Source: Psammoneis japonica (taxonomy: Eukaryota). From it: 64,000 nucleotides of DNA. A program made the position numbers and the translations under genes. Each line of letters starts with the position of its first letter. The stretch's first letter is position 1. The notes beneath the pieces were generated by a model, which searched no databases, was not told the DNA's origin, and was given only the letters and a program-made list of their open reading frames with translations. Below, piece by piece: positions 1 to 11,207 of this stretch. The stretch spans positions 1 to 64,000 of the forward strand of contig QPGO01000130.1 of assembly GCA_008632985.1 (NCBI GenBank). Reading direction: 5' to 3'.

Positions 1-435
1 TCTGCCCGCCCTCCGCAGCACTGTCCAGAAGAGTGCAATTGGCTCCTCCTCTTTTAGGTGGAACTCTCTAGATCGAAGTCTGAAACCGAAAGATTTTGGA
101 TTGCCGCCCTCGCACATCAGAAAATGGAGCCATGACGATTGCCTGCACCAGTCATTTTGCTGCATTTGCGCCGGGGTTCGAATAATCACAAACACATGAC
201 GGTTGTTTCGTGCGCACTTTTGCGGACCCACGTGACATGACTGACATGCGTCAGTGCATGGTGCTGGTTGTTTTGCTTCTGACCGTTCTGTCTTCTGTGA
301 GGTTTCATGAGGCTGTCTGTGCATGTTGATGTTGCCAGTTGTGCACGTTGATGTTGTCCAAGGCAAGCTGCGTTGGATAAGTGAATGTGGAAATGTACGA
401 AATTTACGCATTGTCACAGTTTCTTTGCCAAACAG

Positions 436-1014
436 TCAGTCCTTGTTGTGGCCACACTCAATCCGCGGCGGCTCAAGTGAAAGTCCATGTGCATGCATTT
501 TGCCATTGATGCGGTTGTCTTTGCCAACAGTCATTTGCAACTTGCTCAATTCCATTTTTCTGGCCACACTTCTTCTGAAGGGACTTTGCTTGCTCCTTCT
601 CCTGCTCCCCANNNNNNNNNNNNNNNNNNNNNNNNNNNNNNNNNNNNNNNNNNCCGCTGCATGTGCTGCCTTTAGCTCCTCCATGGTTGAATCATCCTTG
701 GGTGCGACCGTTGTTTCCACATGATGACTGTCCGCTGTCGTGTTGTCTTGCACAAGTGCAGAAGTGACATCAAAATTTCCCGAGGTGAGGTCAAACGCCG
801 CTCTTGCTTCTTCCAAGGTAGTCTCCTCTTCGTCTTCCTTGTTCATCAATGACTGAAGAAGTTCCGCACATGTCTGCACCTTTTTCTTGTCCTCACCAGT
901 TTTCTTTGGCTCGTCTGCCTTCTTTGTTTGTTGTTGCAAATCCATGTTTTCTCTGTTGCTGCATTTTCTGTGATGGTTGCGTTCGCGTTTCTTGGTTTGT
1001 TGGTTAAAATCCAT
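436..1014 (-). CDS. Hypothetical protein with possible UBA-like helical motif; interrupted by an assembly gap
   Basis: 192-aa ORF with ATG; LEEARAAFDLTSGNFDVTSAL resembles UBA-like motifs; GTAAATTT motif about 30 nt downstream. Confidence 0.3.
   Translation of the reverse strand: MDFNQQTKKRERNHHRKCSNRENMDLQQQTKKADEPKKTGEDKKKVQTCAELLQSLMNKEDEEETTLEEARAAFDLTSGNFDVTSALVQDNTTADSHHVETTVAPKDDSTMEELKAAHAAXXXXXXXXXXXXXXXGSRRRSKQSPFRRSVARKMELSKLQMTVGKDNRINGKMHAHGLSLEPPRIECGHNKD
612..653. other. Assembly gap (N run)
   Basis: 42 N bases. Confidence 0.99.
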
Positions 1015-1160
1015 TCGACGTTGTGTGACGCATGTGCAGATTTCTGCGCAATGTGCTGATCTAATCGAAATGTTTTATTTTACGAAATTTCCGCATTTTT
1101 ACGGTTGGGGTCGCTGAACAGTTGTGCAGTCGTTGAGCATCCTAATCTGGTGTTTGCGCA

Positions 1161-4100
1161 CTACATTGACATTTCTGCATGCTGTTGCTGAGAAAAATGC
1201 GCGGCGCTTCTCTCCTTCATGAGTCTCATCAAGGCTTCGTAGCCTTCTGGGACCTTGCATTTTCGCAGGTCCTTGCTTGGTGGCTTTCGCATGAACAGCC
1301 CTTCTCTGGTCTTTACTCTGGAGAGCACAACATGCACCCAATTCTGAGTGTAGCTCCAAGAGTGTGCAAACAACTGCGGGACTCCACTCCCTTGCCATTC
1401 ACATGCCCTGCAGTGGCATTGTTGATGACAAACGGCAGCTGGGTTGCCTTCAGTTGGAAAGTGTGCCTTTGTTTGTCGCCTTCTTCTAAAGTTGGGCTGG
1501 GCTTGGCGATGCAAGCCCTGAAAGCATTTGTTTTTGGCTCAACTAAAAACTTCGCGGGGTTGATGCTTTTGTTGCAGTGTTCCAATGCAATGTGGTCTAC
1601 CTGACCAGCAAGTGCAGCAGGAATGCCAATGTTGTTGTCTAAAGTCACCAGTCTTGGTTCCTGTCCTGGTTTGAGAACGACCTCATCAACAGTGGCTTGC
1701 GCTCCGTTTGCTTGACCGTTTGCTGCATTTTCGTTGAAAGGTGTCATGACTCTGCATCTTCTGTAAATTCGTAAGACTGGATCCATTCTTCCTGATTGCA
1801 TGATGACGTCTCCTTCACCACAGTTGTTCCAGAAGCTGTTGCAAACTGGAAATGGTTGGCAGAGTCTCGTGCCATTCTGCACCTGCAAGTCGTCACTGAA
1901 AATCAACATTGAGTCAAGGACGTCTCCATCTCTTCCATGCAGTGTTTCCACTCTTTTTTCGAACAGGCCAGTGTCAATTGCATCTCTGTCCTTATTTGCG
2001 TGCGCAGCACAGCGGAGGTCACTGGGCAGATCATCTTCGTTCTGAACCACTCGTTCGTTGATGTGCTCTGTGTCATCAACTGTGATCTTGCCAGCGCGGA
2101 ATCTCTCAAGCAGTTTTCCCCATGATGGATCGTCTTTAAACCTGTGCACACCATGAAGTTCTATGCAGCAGTTGATCCACTCGTGAAACTCGGGACGTGC
2201 ATCTTTGTGTGGTGGTTTCACTCCTTTTCCGACTGGTTCTAGTTGCCTGAGGTCACCTGCGAAAACAATGTTGATGCCACCGTGCGGCTTGCTTAATTCG
2301 CTCTTCAATGCTGTTAAATTCTCATGGAGTTTTTCTAGTTCTCTCTTGCTTGCAAAAGAAATCTCGTCCACCACCAAAAGTCTCGTGTCTGACCATGCTT
2401 CAATTTGCTCTTCGGTTGTTTGCTTTCTTCTCATGAGGCATGCAACTCGGTGGATTGTGTCCCCTTTGAGAACAGTCGCAGCCACTCCGGTCAGTGCAGT
2501 CACTCTGATTGTGCTTGTTGTGAACGGCTGCTCAATGAGCGAGCAATGCTCTCTTCCGCATTCCACGACGAGGTCTGTTGTGGTTGATTTGCCACTTCCA
2601 CCTGCACCATGTAAAAAACACACAAGTTGCAACGTTCTGCGTCTTTGCACTTCCACGAGTTTCTTCAATCGGCGAAGGTTTGTTGCGAATTCGTGTCTGC
2701 CATTTCTCCTGTTGAGTCCATTGCGTGACGTCTCGTCTTGAAGAGCGTCTTGGCAGTGAGTGAGCACAAAGGTTCCTGCTAGAATTTCAAAGGCACGCTG
2801 CTGTTGCCCATCCAGTCTTGCTTTCCAGCCCAGTCTACGACACTTGCTGCAGATCCGTTTGCTTGACATACATCGACGTGTTCTTCCAAACCTGTCATGT
2901 CCTCAAACGACCTTCTTGTTCTTTGCGTTCTAGTCAGAATCACTCGAACAATGTCGTCTCTTGACAGTGGTCTGCTGTGGATGTGTTGTTGCACTCCTTC
3001 ATTCTGGTCTTCCTCGTCGGTGTCATCGCCGCCCTCTAGATTCTCAAAAAGTTGTCGTTCATCAACCTGGCTTTCCTCGTTTGGTGGGTCAGTGTGCACA
3101 TCTGCCAAGCATTTGCAGCCACCCATGTGTGGACCTTTCTGTCTTGCACGTTTGCCGCTCAAATGCGCAGGAACAACTGCTTGGTCGCTCAACCCAATGT
3201 CATCGTCTTCTGGCTGCTCTGCCATTTCTTCCAAGAGTGCATCCAGCAGTTGACCCTGAACGGCGCCTGAAAGACCTTCTTCCTCGTCACTTTTGCAACA
3301 GTCAAACGCAACGTCAGCAGGTCTAAATTGCTCCGTCTTTCTTTGCAGATCGTCAGATGCACTTTTGAGACGAAGGCAGTTGGACTCAGCATCCTGCAGG
3401 TTCTGCAAGAAGTTCAAGTTTTCCTCTGCAATGACACCGGCTGCTGCGGAGAGTTGGAATTCACACAGGTGTGTGTGGGTCATTGGTTTGAGTTCCGTCA
3501 TTGTTCTGCAAGGCGCAAACAAGGCTGATGCCAACTTGCAGCACAATTCTTTGTCTGGTGTTGTTGGTTGCTGCAGATCTACAAGGCAACTGCCAAACTT
3601 GGCTGCATCAGGAAAATCACGCTGAAGCACTTTTGACAATTGCGGTTGCTGTCGCTGTCTGACACCTTGAAGAAACTTGTTCTTTGTTGAATCACAAGAC
3701 GGGTGCCTGTGCGCTCTGTCATCGAACATCATCATGCCGTGTTCGTTTTTCCTTGTGTTGCGAAGAACTTCGTGTTCACTAAAAAACGCAAACGGACCAA
3801 GATTCTCCAGTGCTGTTGGACGACACAGGCAGTGCAAGGCCTGGCATTGGAAGAACGGTGTGTCGCCAAAATGGGCTACAGTCGCAGACACTTCGTCTCT
3901 TTCTAGTGTGCTGATGATGTCTTTCAAGGGGCACCATGCGGTCAAATGAGATCAGATGAAACGGCTTCCGTTCCTTGTCATGTAAGACGCAAGTGGTGGT
4001 CCAATGACGTTCGTCTTGTCATGCGAGCAAGCACCCCACATGAGACGTCTGATTGCTTCCGATGCATCAGATGCGTGTTTCCGTAATTCCGTCGCCATCC

Positions 4101-6813
4101 TGTTCGTAGTTCGAAGCACTTCGTCGCACGATGCAGTGTCATCTTTCTGGGCATCTTTTAGGATGCACTCAATCGTGCATTGAGCAGACGGTCCAGGCAT
4201 CAACAAAGCAATGTTTGTGTTGCATGTCAGTTTTGATCTGCTTGTTGCAGGGCACGACACGTTTTGAAAAGCATCGCACTTTCTCCTCTTCGGAACAACT
4301 TCCTTCACGTGCCGATGCGCAAAAGTTCCATCCCAGCTGAACCACTTTATCTGAGTGTCATCTGCGTTCCTTGCCAAATTATTTGGACACGAAGCAGCTG
4401 GTTGCCTGTGATGGCAGTCACCCAGTTTGAGCTCCTCTCGTTTCCTTTTCCTTGACTGCGTGTCCAGTTCCTCGTGTGGGGTTTTTTTACGCATTTTACG
4501 TGACTCTGCGCATTTGGGAAAACACGACTTCGTAATGTGCATGTGATGGTTGTAAGCTGCGTCCGGCGTGCATGCCTCCATTGTCCCTTGCAGACCACTT
4601 CGCTGGCATTGTGCACACATTGCTTTTAGTCGCTTTGCATGGTTGTCTGGACAGCAAGTCAGGCCAGGCACACGGTGCCGTGACTGTAAAAAGCTTTCTA
4701 CAAACTCGACGTTTGTCCAGCACTTGGTGCAGTGACGACAACAAGCAAACATTCCGTTCTTCGACTGCTGGCCGTCTTTGTGCCTCAGGTTTCTTAGCTG
4801 TTGGTCGTCTGCTGCTTTTGAAGAGGTGCGACACATTTTTGGCACTGTGCAGTCGTGATCGAATGCTTCACACAACGCGTTAGTGCTGAAGTCCTTGCCA
4901 CAGATTAATTCCGTGCTGCAGATCTTCTGAACTGTGTTGGTGAGGTGCTCAGCACCTTCGCGTCGGATCTGTCTCATTGGCGAATGCAGTTTCTCTCTTG
5001 CATTGTTGATCGATGCGAACCAGATCTGCATGTGTCCGTGTGCTGTCAGACGTCCCTGCTCCTCAACTGTGGCTAAAAATGCGGCTGGCCTGCCAATGTA
5101 GAAGTTAAAGTTTTCTCTTGGTTGGTTGGTGCTCAGATCCCAACCCACTGCCTCTTCTGTTGCAATGTCAAACAAGCACTCGAATACAAAGGCTGTTAGA
5201 CCGGGAAACTTTAGACGCAGTTCATTACGTTGCTTGGCCCTGCCAGCAAGAATTTCGTCCGTCAGTTGTGTCACGTCTTCGTTTGGGTCCAGGATGACAC
5301 CCGAGTGCAGTTGCACAAGAAACAAATTTGCATCGTCCGGACTGACGGTTAAGAAAATGCCACCCTGACCAAAATGATGCTGATGAGTTTCGGCATTTCT
5401 CCTCATTTTCTTTGCTGCTTCGTTGCTGTGTGGCAGAGACGCAGATGCAATGTCGAGTGCGCGCAAAAAGTGGTGCCCGAGTCCATGGTCTCTTCTCTCG
5501 CCCAAGTTGCGATCACAAACAGCTCTGTCCACATCGTCCACTGTCAGCTCGTTTGCAAACTGTGCAGCCTGATTCTTGTCCCTGACTTTCCACCCTGCGC
5601 TCTGCAGCATCCTTTGCTTCATTGTCAAGTTGCAGCATGTTAACATGAAGAGCTGCTCATGGAAGTGAGGCTGGGAAATCCGTGCCAAGTGGTCGGCACA
5701 GTGTGCAAGGTTGGTGCTGTCTGCAAGACTTCCGTCTTTCTTCATTCTCATCTCATTGATTCCTCCTCTGCCAAAAGGAAACTGCAGCAGACACGCGTCA
5801 ATGAAGTTGTTTCCTTTGAAATCACTCGCAGATTCTTCAGACAACTGTGCTTGCACCTCTAAATCAAATCCGTTGGCAGCAGCTTCGTGTGCAAGATCTT
5901 TGAAGCAGCCCAGGTTGTGCTGACCACCAGTCGCAGGAGACATGGTTCCATCAGGAAAGCAAATGTGAAATGACTCTGAGGTCTCAACATTTGCATTTTC
6001 TCCTTCTTCTTTGCTGGTGCCATCGACAAGTGCGGGATTCCGCAGATTACACCCAACTTCATCTAGATTTGTCTGTTGGCACACCCACTCTTGGTTGTGG
6101 CACAACAGCCATTCCATCGCCCTTGGCATGCAGTGCGTCCTAATTCTGTTCTTTGAGCACGCAAGTTGTCTTTGCTCCAGAGTCATCTTTCCAGTCATCA
6201 GCACAATCACATTCTGATGTAAATTCGGCACGTCAAAGTGCACAACAGTTCTCACGATGCTTTGCATCTTGACTTTGTAGCGTGTCAGACTTCCCTGAAG
6301 CTTCTTCTGTTTGCCGCCAAGGCAACTGAAGCAGTGTCCGCATGTTTTCACTGGTGTGAGCATTGCCAATTCTACTTTGGTTGGAGACAACAGTTCGTGC
6401 GGCGGGGTGCCGAAACAGCAGTTGTTCACCATCGCGTACATTGGCATGACGGCTCTTCCCAGGCTTCTTCAGCATTCGCTGCAGCAAGTGAATCCGTTGA
6501 CGCGTCGTCTGTCTTCCTGTGCTGCGCATTGGGCGCGGGGAGAAAGCAGCAGGTCTTTGATCCAACCAGCATCTTCATGCTCTGCAGTGCAGCAGGACTT
6601 GAGACGATCAGATGCGCTGTTCCAGTCTGAAGGGGTGAGCAAGTTTCTTGCTGATTCCAATGTTTTGAGTGGCAAGTGGCAAACTTCTCTAGGTTTCAGC
6701 AGAACGTCACAGACTGAACATGCGTGTGGTCTAAATTCTCCATCTCTGTGTGGATGAAGCATCTCAAACTTTCTGTTGATTGCGTTGCAAACACGGGAGT
6801 TGGCCTCGTCCAT
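1161..6813 (-). pseudogene. Helitron RepHel (Zn-finger/DUF6570-like region, HUH Rep, PIF1-family SF1B helicase), frameshifted
   Basis: ORF pieces 6469-6813, 3952-6447, 2779-3945, 1313-2869 and 1161-1514. Rep motifs FLTVSPDD, VEEQGRLTAHGHMQIW and degenerate YxxxYxxK (CTIECILK). Helicase motifs GAGGSGKS, LLVVDEISF, FAGDLRQLEPV, HRFKDD, (H)VVLSRVK. Confidence 0.92.
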
Positions 6814-6899
6814 TTTAATTTAAGCTGACACTTCAACTCAACAAATTTCAAGAAGTTGCTCAGTGAAAACAGTTGTTTTTTCAGTGCGATCACCGTGAA

Positions 6900-7580
6900 G
6901 CTGTGATCGGTGCTGTCCAATCACCACAGCGATGTGTGTTTTCTCACCACCTGCAGCACTGCGACTGGTGTCGTCCAGCCACCGCAGTGGTTCTGTCCAG
7001 TTGATCAACGAACCGCATCGGTGCCATCCGTTCACTGCAGCGCTGTGTCGTCTTCTCACAACCTGTGCAATCAGGTCGCTGTGAGCACTGCGACTGGTGC
7101 TGTCCAGTCACCGCAGCCGGGTCAATCAGTTGCTTGACGAACTGAGTCGGTGCTGCCCGATCACCGCAGTGTTGTGTCGTGTTCTCACAACCTGTGCGAT
7201 CAGGTCTCTGTGAGAGCTGTGACTGGTGTCGTCCAGTCACCGCAGCTGAGCTTGTGCATTGTCTCACAACCTGCGTTACGAGGTGCAGCGCTGTGTTGTT
7301 CACTCACAACCTGTGCAATCAGGTTGCTGTGAGAGCTGCGACTGGTGTCGTCCAGTCACCGCAGCCAAGTGAATCAGTTGCTTGACGAACTGCGTCGGTG
7401 CCATCCGATCACCGCAGCGTTGTGTCGTGTTCTCACAACCTGTGCGATCAGGTCTCTGTGAGAGCTGCGACTGGTGTCGTCCAGTCACCGCAGCTGAGCT
7501 TGTGCATTGTCTCACAACCTGCATTGCCAGGTCACTGTGAGAACTGAGAACTGCGATCGGTGTGGCCCAATCACCGTGGT
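6900..7580. repeat. Array of short bulged hairpins with a 248-bp higher-order period
   Basis: CTCACA-ACCTG-N6-CAGGT-N3-TGTGAG and (G)CTGCG-ACTGG-N6-CCAGT-CAC-CGCAG(C) units; CTCACA at 7055/7184/7263 recurs at 7303/7432/7511. Confidence 0.9.
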
Positions 7581-7735
7581 TGGATGCTTTTCGTTTCCCT
7601 TTGCGCAAAGGTTCTGTCACAAAAAAGTGAGACAAAAGTGTGCCTCTTTCACCTCGATGGAAGAGTGACGTGTGCGTTCCTCCCACGTCCTTCTTCGTGC
7701 CAGATGTGCGACATCCCACTTGGTTTCGTCGATGT

Positions 7736-7836
7736 TGAACATCCCATGGGATGAGATTTGGATCTTGTTCAAGTTGTTTTGACCATCTGCTCTGAACATT
7801 CCATGGGGCAAGATTCGGGTCTTGTTCAAGTTGTTT
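7736..7836. repeat. Two-copy tandem repeat, 57-bp period
   Basis: TGAACATYCCATGGG...TCTTGTTCAAGTTGTTT at 7736 and 7793. Confidence 0.8.
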
Positions 7837-8381
7837 CGGCAATCTTGGTGGTGGGCGCAGCTTTACGTAAATTCCGCAGAATCATGCTTTAACGAGTGGC
7901 GGGGCAGTTGAGTTAGTCGTGTGGCAATGACAATGCGATTGACGTCATTCGTGTTTCCAAAGTGCGCGCGAATCCTCCAAATGGGTGATGGGCCCACCTT
8001 AGCCAACTGCCGGCACAGCAGTGACTGCGATGGCGTCGACCGTTTGGCGACTAGATTTCGTGCGCGATGGCCACGCGGCAGCAACGGCTGAAATGCACAC
8101 GAAGCACAGATGGAATTGCACGTGATTTTGCGCATTTTCAGCAAACTTAGTGCGACTTTGCGTGCTCCGATCCTTGCACCTGTTTTGTTCAAATTGAGTC
8201 CATGCACCACTTGCAAGTGCTGACACCTGGAAGGTCACCTTGTTGCAGTTCAACGTGTTTGGATCTAGTTGCTGACGTTGCCAGTTCTCCTTGGCATGAT
8301 GCACGCAGCTCTGCTGGGTCTTTCTTGGCACTTCTGAACGATCGCACTTTTTGTTCCCACAATTTCTCTCCGACTGATTCG

Positions 8382-9254
8382 ATGGCACGCAAAAGAAACA
8401 CAACGACCTCCCTGGCTGCGAAAGCCAAAGTCGCCGAAACCAAACAGAAGAAGGCAAAGATGAAGTTTTCTGATGCTCTGTTGAAGAAACTAAGTCCGCC
8501 CTGCAAGACCAACGGCTTGACCGACGACGACCTTAAACCGGAAGACTGCCTTGCCAAGCACGGGTTCAAGCTTTCCAAATCCGCCGGTTCTGACGATGGC
8601 AGCCATTCTGACAAGGACGCCCTCCTGCGCTGCGCCACCGTCACTGTCGGCCGCAAGAAAGGCGTCGTTTTTCGTCTCCAAGCCAAGAATCCCCTTTCAA
8701 CCAATGTTTGGTCGGAGAAGGTTCTGTTTGATGACCTTCGCAGCAGGACTCCATGGGCGGTTCAAGTCGGATTCCACCCTTGCGCTGGCAGGTGGGTTCA
8801 CGAAGGCGAGTTGCAGACGAACACCAAGAACTGCACCATGCATCTCTTCTTCATCTTCCTTGAAGAAGTCCCAACCAATGCCAAAGTGCGCGGCCTCGGG
8901 AAGCACATTGCGAAGCAGCTCAATGATGACCCTGAGAACAACACCGAGGTCTTCGTTGAAGACGACTTCTTCTGGATGAAGGATGCTGTTTGGTCCGAAG
9001 TGATCGGCAACGAGGCGGCGCTCACCGAGCTTCAGAAGGAAGGTGGTCAGTTTCACATCGGTTGGTGCGCCCAAAACAAGAACTCACTTCACAGTTGCTT
9101 CTACGAGGGGTCGTTGCCTGTGGAACTCTGTCGTCTCATTGGAGCTCCGGCAGAAGAAGCTGGAGAAGAGGCCGACGATGATGTCGAGCTCAACTGCGAA
9201 GTTGACCTGAACGTCGATGATGACTTGGTGCTTCAGGACAGCGACGAAGACTGA
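8382..9254 (+). CDS. Hypothetical protein of about 290 aa (basic N-terminus, acidic C-terminus), probable element cargo
   Basis: ATG at 8382 (MARKRNTT...), protein-like composition, nearly Tyr-free; followed by a T-run and GTAAATTT. Confidence 0.65.
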   Translation: MARKRNTTTSLAAKAKVAETKQKKAKMKFSDALLKKLSPPCKTNGLTDDDLKPEDCLAKHGFKLSKSAGSDDGSHSDKDALLRCATVTVGRKKGVVFRLQAKNPLSTNVWSEKVLFDDLRSRTPWAVQVGFHPCAGRWVHEGELQTNTKNCTMHLFFIFLEEVPTNAKVRGLGKHIAKQLNDDPENNTEVFVEDDFFWMKDAVWSEVIGNEAALTELQKEGGQFHIGWCAQNKNSLHSCFYEGSLPVELCRLIGAPAEEAGEEADDDVELNCEVDLNVDDDLVLQDSDED

Positions 9255-9344
9255 GTTGTTTTTTTTTTTTTGCCGGTGCAGTGTAAATTTGTAAATGTTT
9301 GGCAAACTGAGTGTCGATTACAACTCAGCTTTTCCTCTGTCTCT

Positions 9345-10310
9345 TCAAGCATGTGCCATCTCCGATGACAACTCATCGTCACCGCGAAGCAATGGCGAAT
9401 TGAGCAGAGTAACTGGCGTGTGACGTCCAGTGCAGCGACAGTAAAAAAACAGTTCAGTTGAGTTCTTAAGCAAAATTGGCTGTTTCGCGACGGGTGAATG
9501 CTTCCGTTCCAAGTGTGTCGGAGTGGGACGTCGCATGTGCTGGCTGGTTGACTGAGAAGTCTCCTCTTTCTTGGTGTGCTTGTGGAAGACGAGATGTTTC
9601 ACGTCTCCGCTGTGCCACAAAAAGTCGCCATCATGGCAATCCGCCGTGAAGGACTCGCACATCCACTCTCCCGCGCACGACGCGAACAGCGGATCTAGCG
9701 CCACCACCACGGTCCCAGCACGACACAGTTTCGAAAGCATCGCCTCTGCCTTCTGCTGTGTGTTCTTGTCGTCGACCATGCGGGAGTTGCAGTTGTTGAA
9801 GAACACCTTGAGTCCTTTCTTTTTCCACAAAGGAGCCAGCCTCTCGTCCAAGAATGACTTGTTGATCAACTCTAACCCGCCGTTCGAGCGAAGGCCAACA
9901 CGATGAGCCCAACGTGCAGCCTCTTGGTGACGATCGTGGTTGGCCTCGATGCTCACCATGGTGCAACGGCGACGAAGTAACTTGAGCCCGATGCTGGGTC
10001 CGGCAACTCCCCCGCCCATGTCGACAGATGCATCGCAGGTGTGATTCATGCCAAGAAGGCGTTCGTTCAAAAACACTTCGCTGCTCAAAGCGAAGCCAAC
10101 TTCGCCGCCGTGCGAAGATCCGCTTCCGTCTCCGGAGACACGCCTGCTCTGGAACGCGGAGTTCGGAGCCGTTTGAAGATGAAACTCCCTGACACTTCTG
10201 CAACGATGGTTCATCGCATCCAACCTTGTGGCAACATCAACCTTGCTTGCAGCGGGTTCGACCAGATGTCGCGTTTCCAAACCAAACTGTGACGTGCGCA
10301 GAATGCACAA
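9345..10310 (-). CDS. DOT1-like class I SAM-dependent methyltransferase (mutated)
   Basis: (H)GGEV, VDMGGGVAG (motif I), VSIE, KSFLD, VFFNN and GTVVVALDPL occur in the order typical of DOT1 family proteins; start uncertain. Confidence 0.62.
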   Translation of the reverse strand: MCILRTSQFGLETRHLVEPAASKVDVATRLDAMNHRCRSVREFHLQTAPNSAFQSRRVSGDGSGSSHGGEVGFALSSEVFLNERLLGMNHTCDASVDMGGGVAGPSIGLKLLRRRCTMVSIEANHDRHQEAARWAHRVGLRSNGGLELINKSFLDERLAPLWKKKGLKVFFNNCNSRMVDDKNTQQKAEAMLSKLCRAGTVVVALDPLFASCAGEWMCESFTADCHDGDFLWHSGDVKHLVFHKHTKKEETSQSTSQHMRRPTPTHLERKHSPVAKQPILLKNSTELFFYCRCTGRHTPVTLLNSPLLRGDDELSSEMAHA

Positions 10311-10789
10311 AATTACCGTCGCGCCCTCTGTGTGCGCGAAATTTTCAAACGCAGCGTGCCACCTCTACCTGCGCATGGAGCGACGTGTGAAGTCATTTTA
10401 AACAGATGTGTGGACGCGTTGAAACAATGAGACGCCTTTGGGCGATAAAATTTGTTTTGAATCTCGGCCTGCTTCTCATCGTTGCCGTGCTTGTACATCC
10501 GTGTAATTCAAACGCACGAGCTGGCACGGCACGCAACGCACTTCTACGCAAGAACTCGCACTGAGATTGCCGTGGGATGATCCTCCCTCCGCAGAGACAA
10601 AAACAACGCGACAACACTTCCGTCATCACACTTTGAAACACATTTCAAATTGAGACACACCATGTCGCAACTGCCTTGTGCCTCGCTGCGTCGTCCTGCC
10701 AACGACAAGCACTTGTCGCGATCGAGTTACAGCCGGTCTCGACAGTGTGGGGGGTTGGGACGTGCAGCTCGCAGCCCGACAACAAGCAA

Positions 10790-10980
10790 ACACTTCTCGC
10801 GATTGGGTTTCGACCCCACTCCCCTGGAGTCCACCGGTCCCTGTCAACAGAGTTTTGCTTTGGGTGCTCTTGAGGCAACGGAAAGCAGACACATCTCTTG
10901 ATTGGGTTTTGACCCCACTCCCCTGGAGTCCGCCGGTCCCTGTCGACAGAGTTCTGCTTTGGGCACTGTTGAGACAACAG
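10790..10980. repeat. Two-copy tandem repeat (about 99-bp period) in the divergent intergenic region
   Basis: GATTGGGTTTYGACCCCACTCCCCTGGAGTCC...ACAGAGTT at about 10801 and 10900. Confidence 0.85.
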
Positions 10981-11207
10981 TGACAGTGTCAAGCAGTGGA
11001 ACATTTGCCGGCAAGTTTGCACACACATTCTCTGCGAACACCGCATCGTCAATGCGCACCAGGACACACGAGAACGTGTTGAGGGCTCAACCGCCACTTC
11101 GCAAGGCCCACCGCAGCCGCAGGCGAATCCGCAGCCGCGCCAGCAGGAAAACATCCAAGATCACTTGCCTCGTTCCACTCGCACCGTGCGCCACTAAGAG
11201 TCTCTCC

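Noticed and set aside
6900..7580. CRISPR array
   Set aside because: The intervening sequences are themselves repeated (248-bp period), there are no cas genes, and the context is a eukaryotic TE.
10801..10830. tRNA gene
   Set aside because: Only a T-arm-like hairpin; no cloverleaf.
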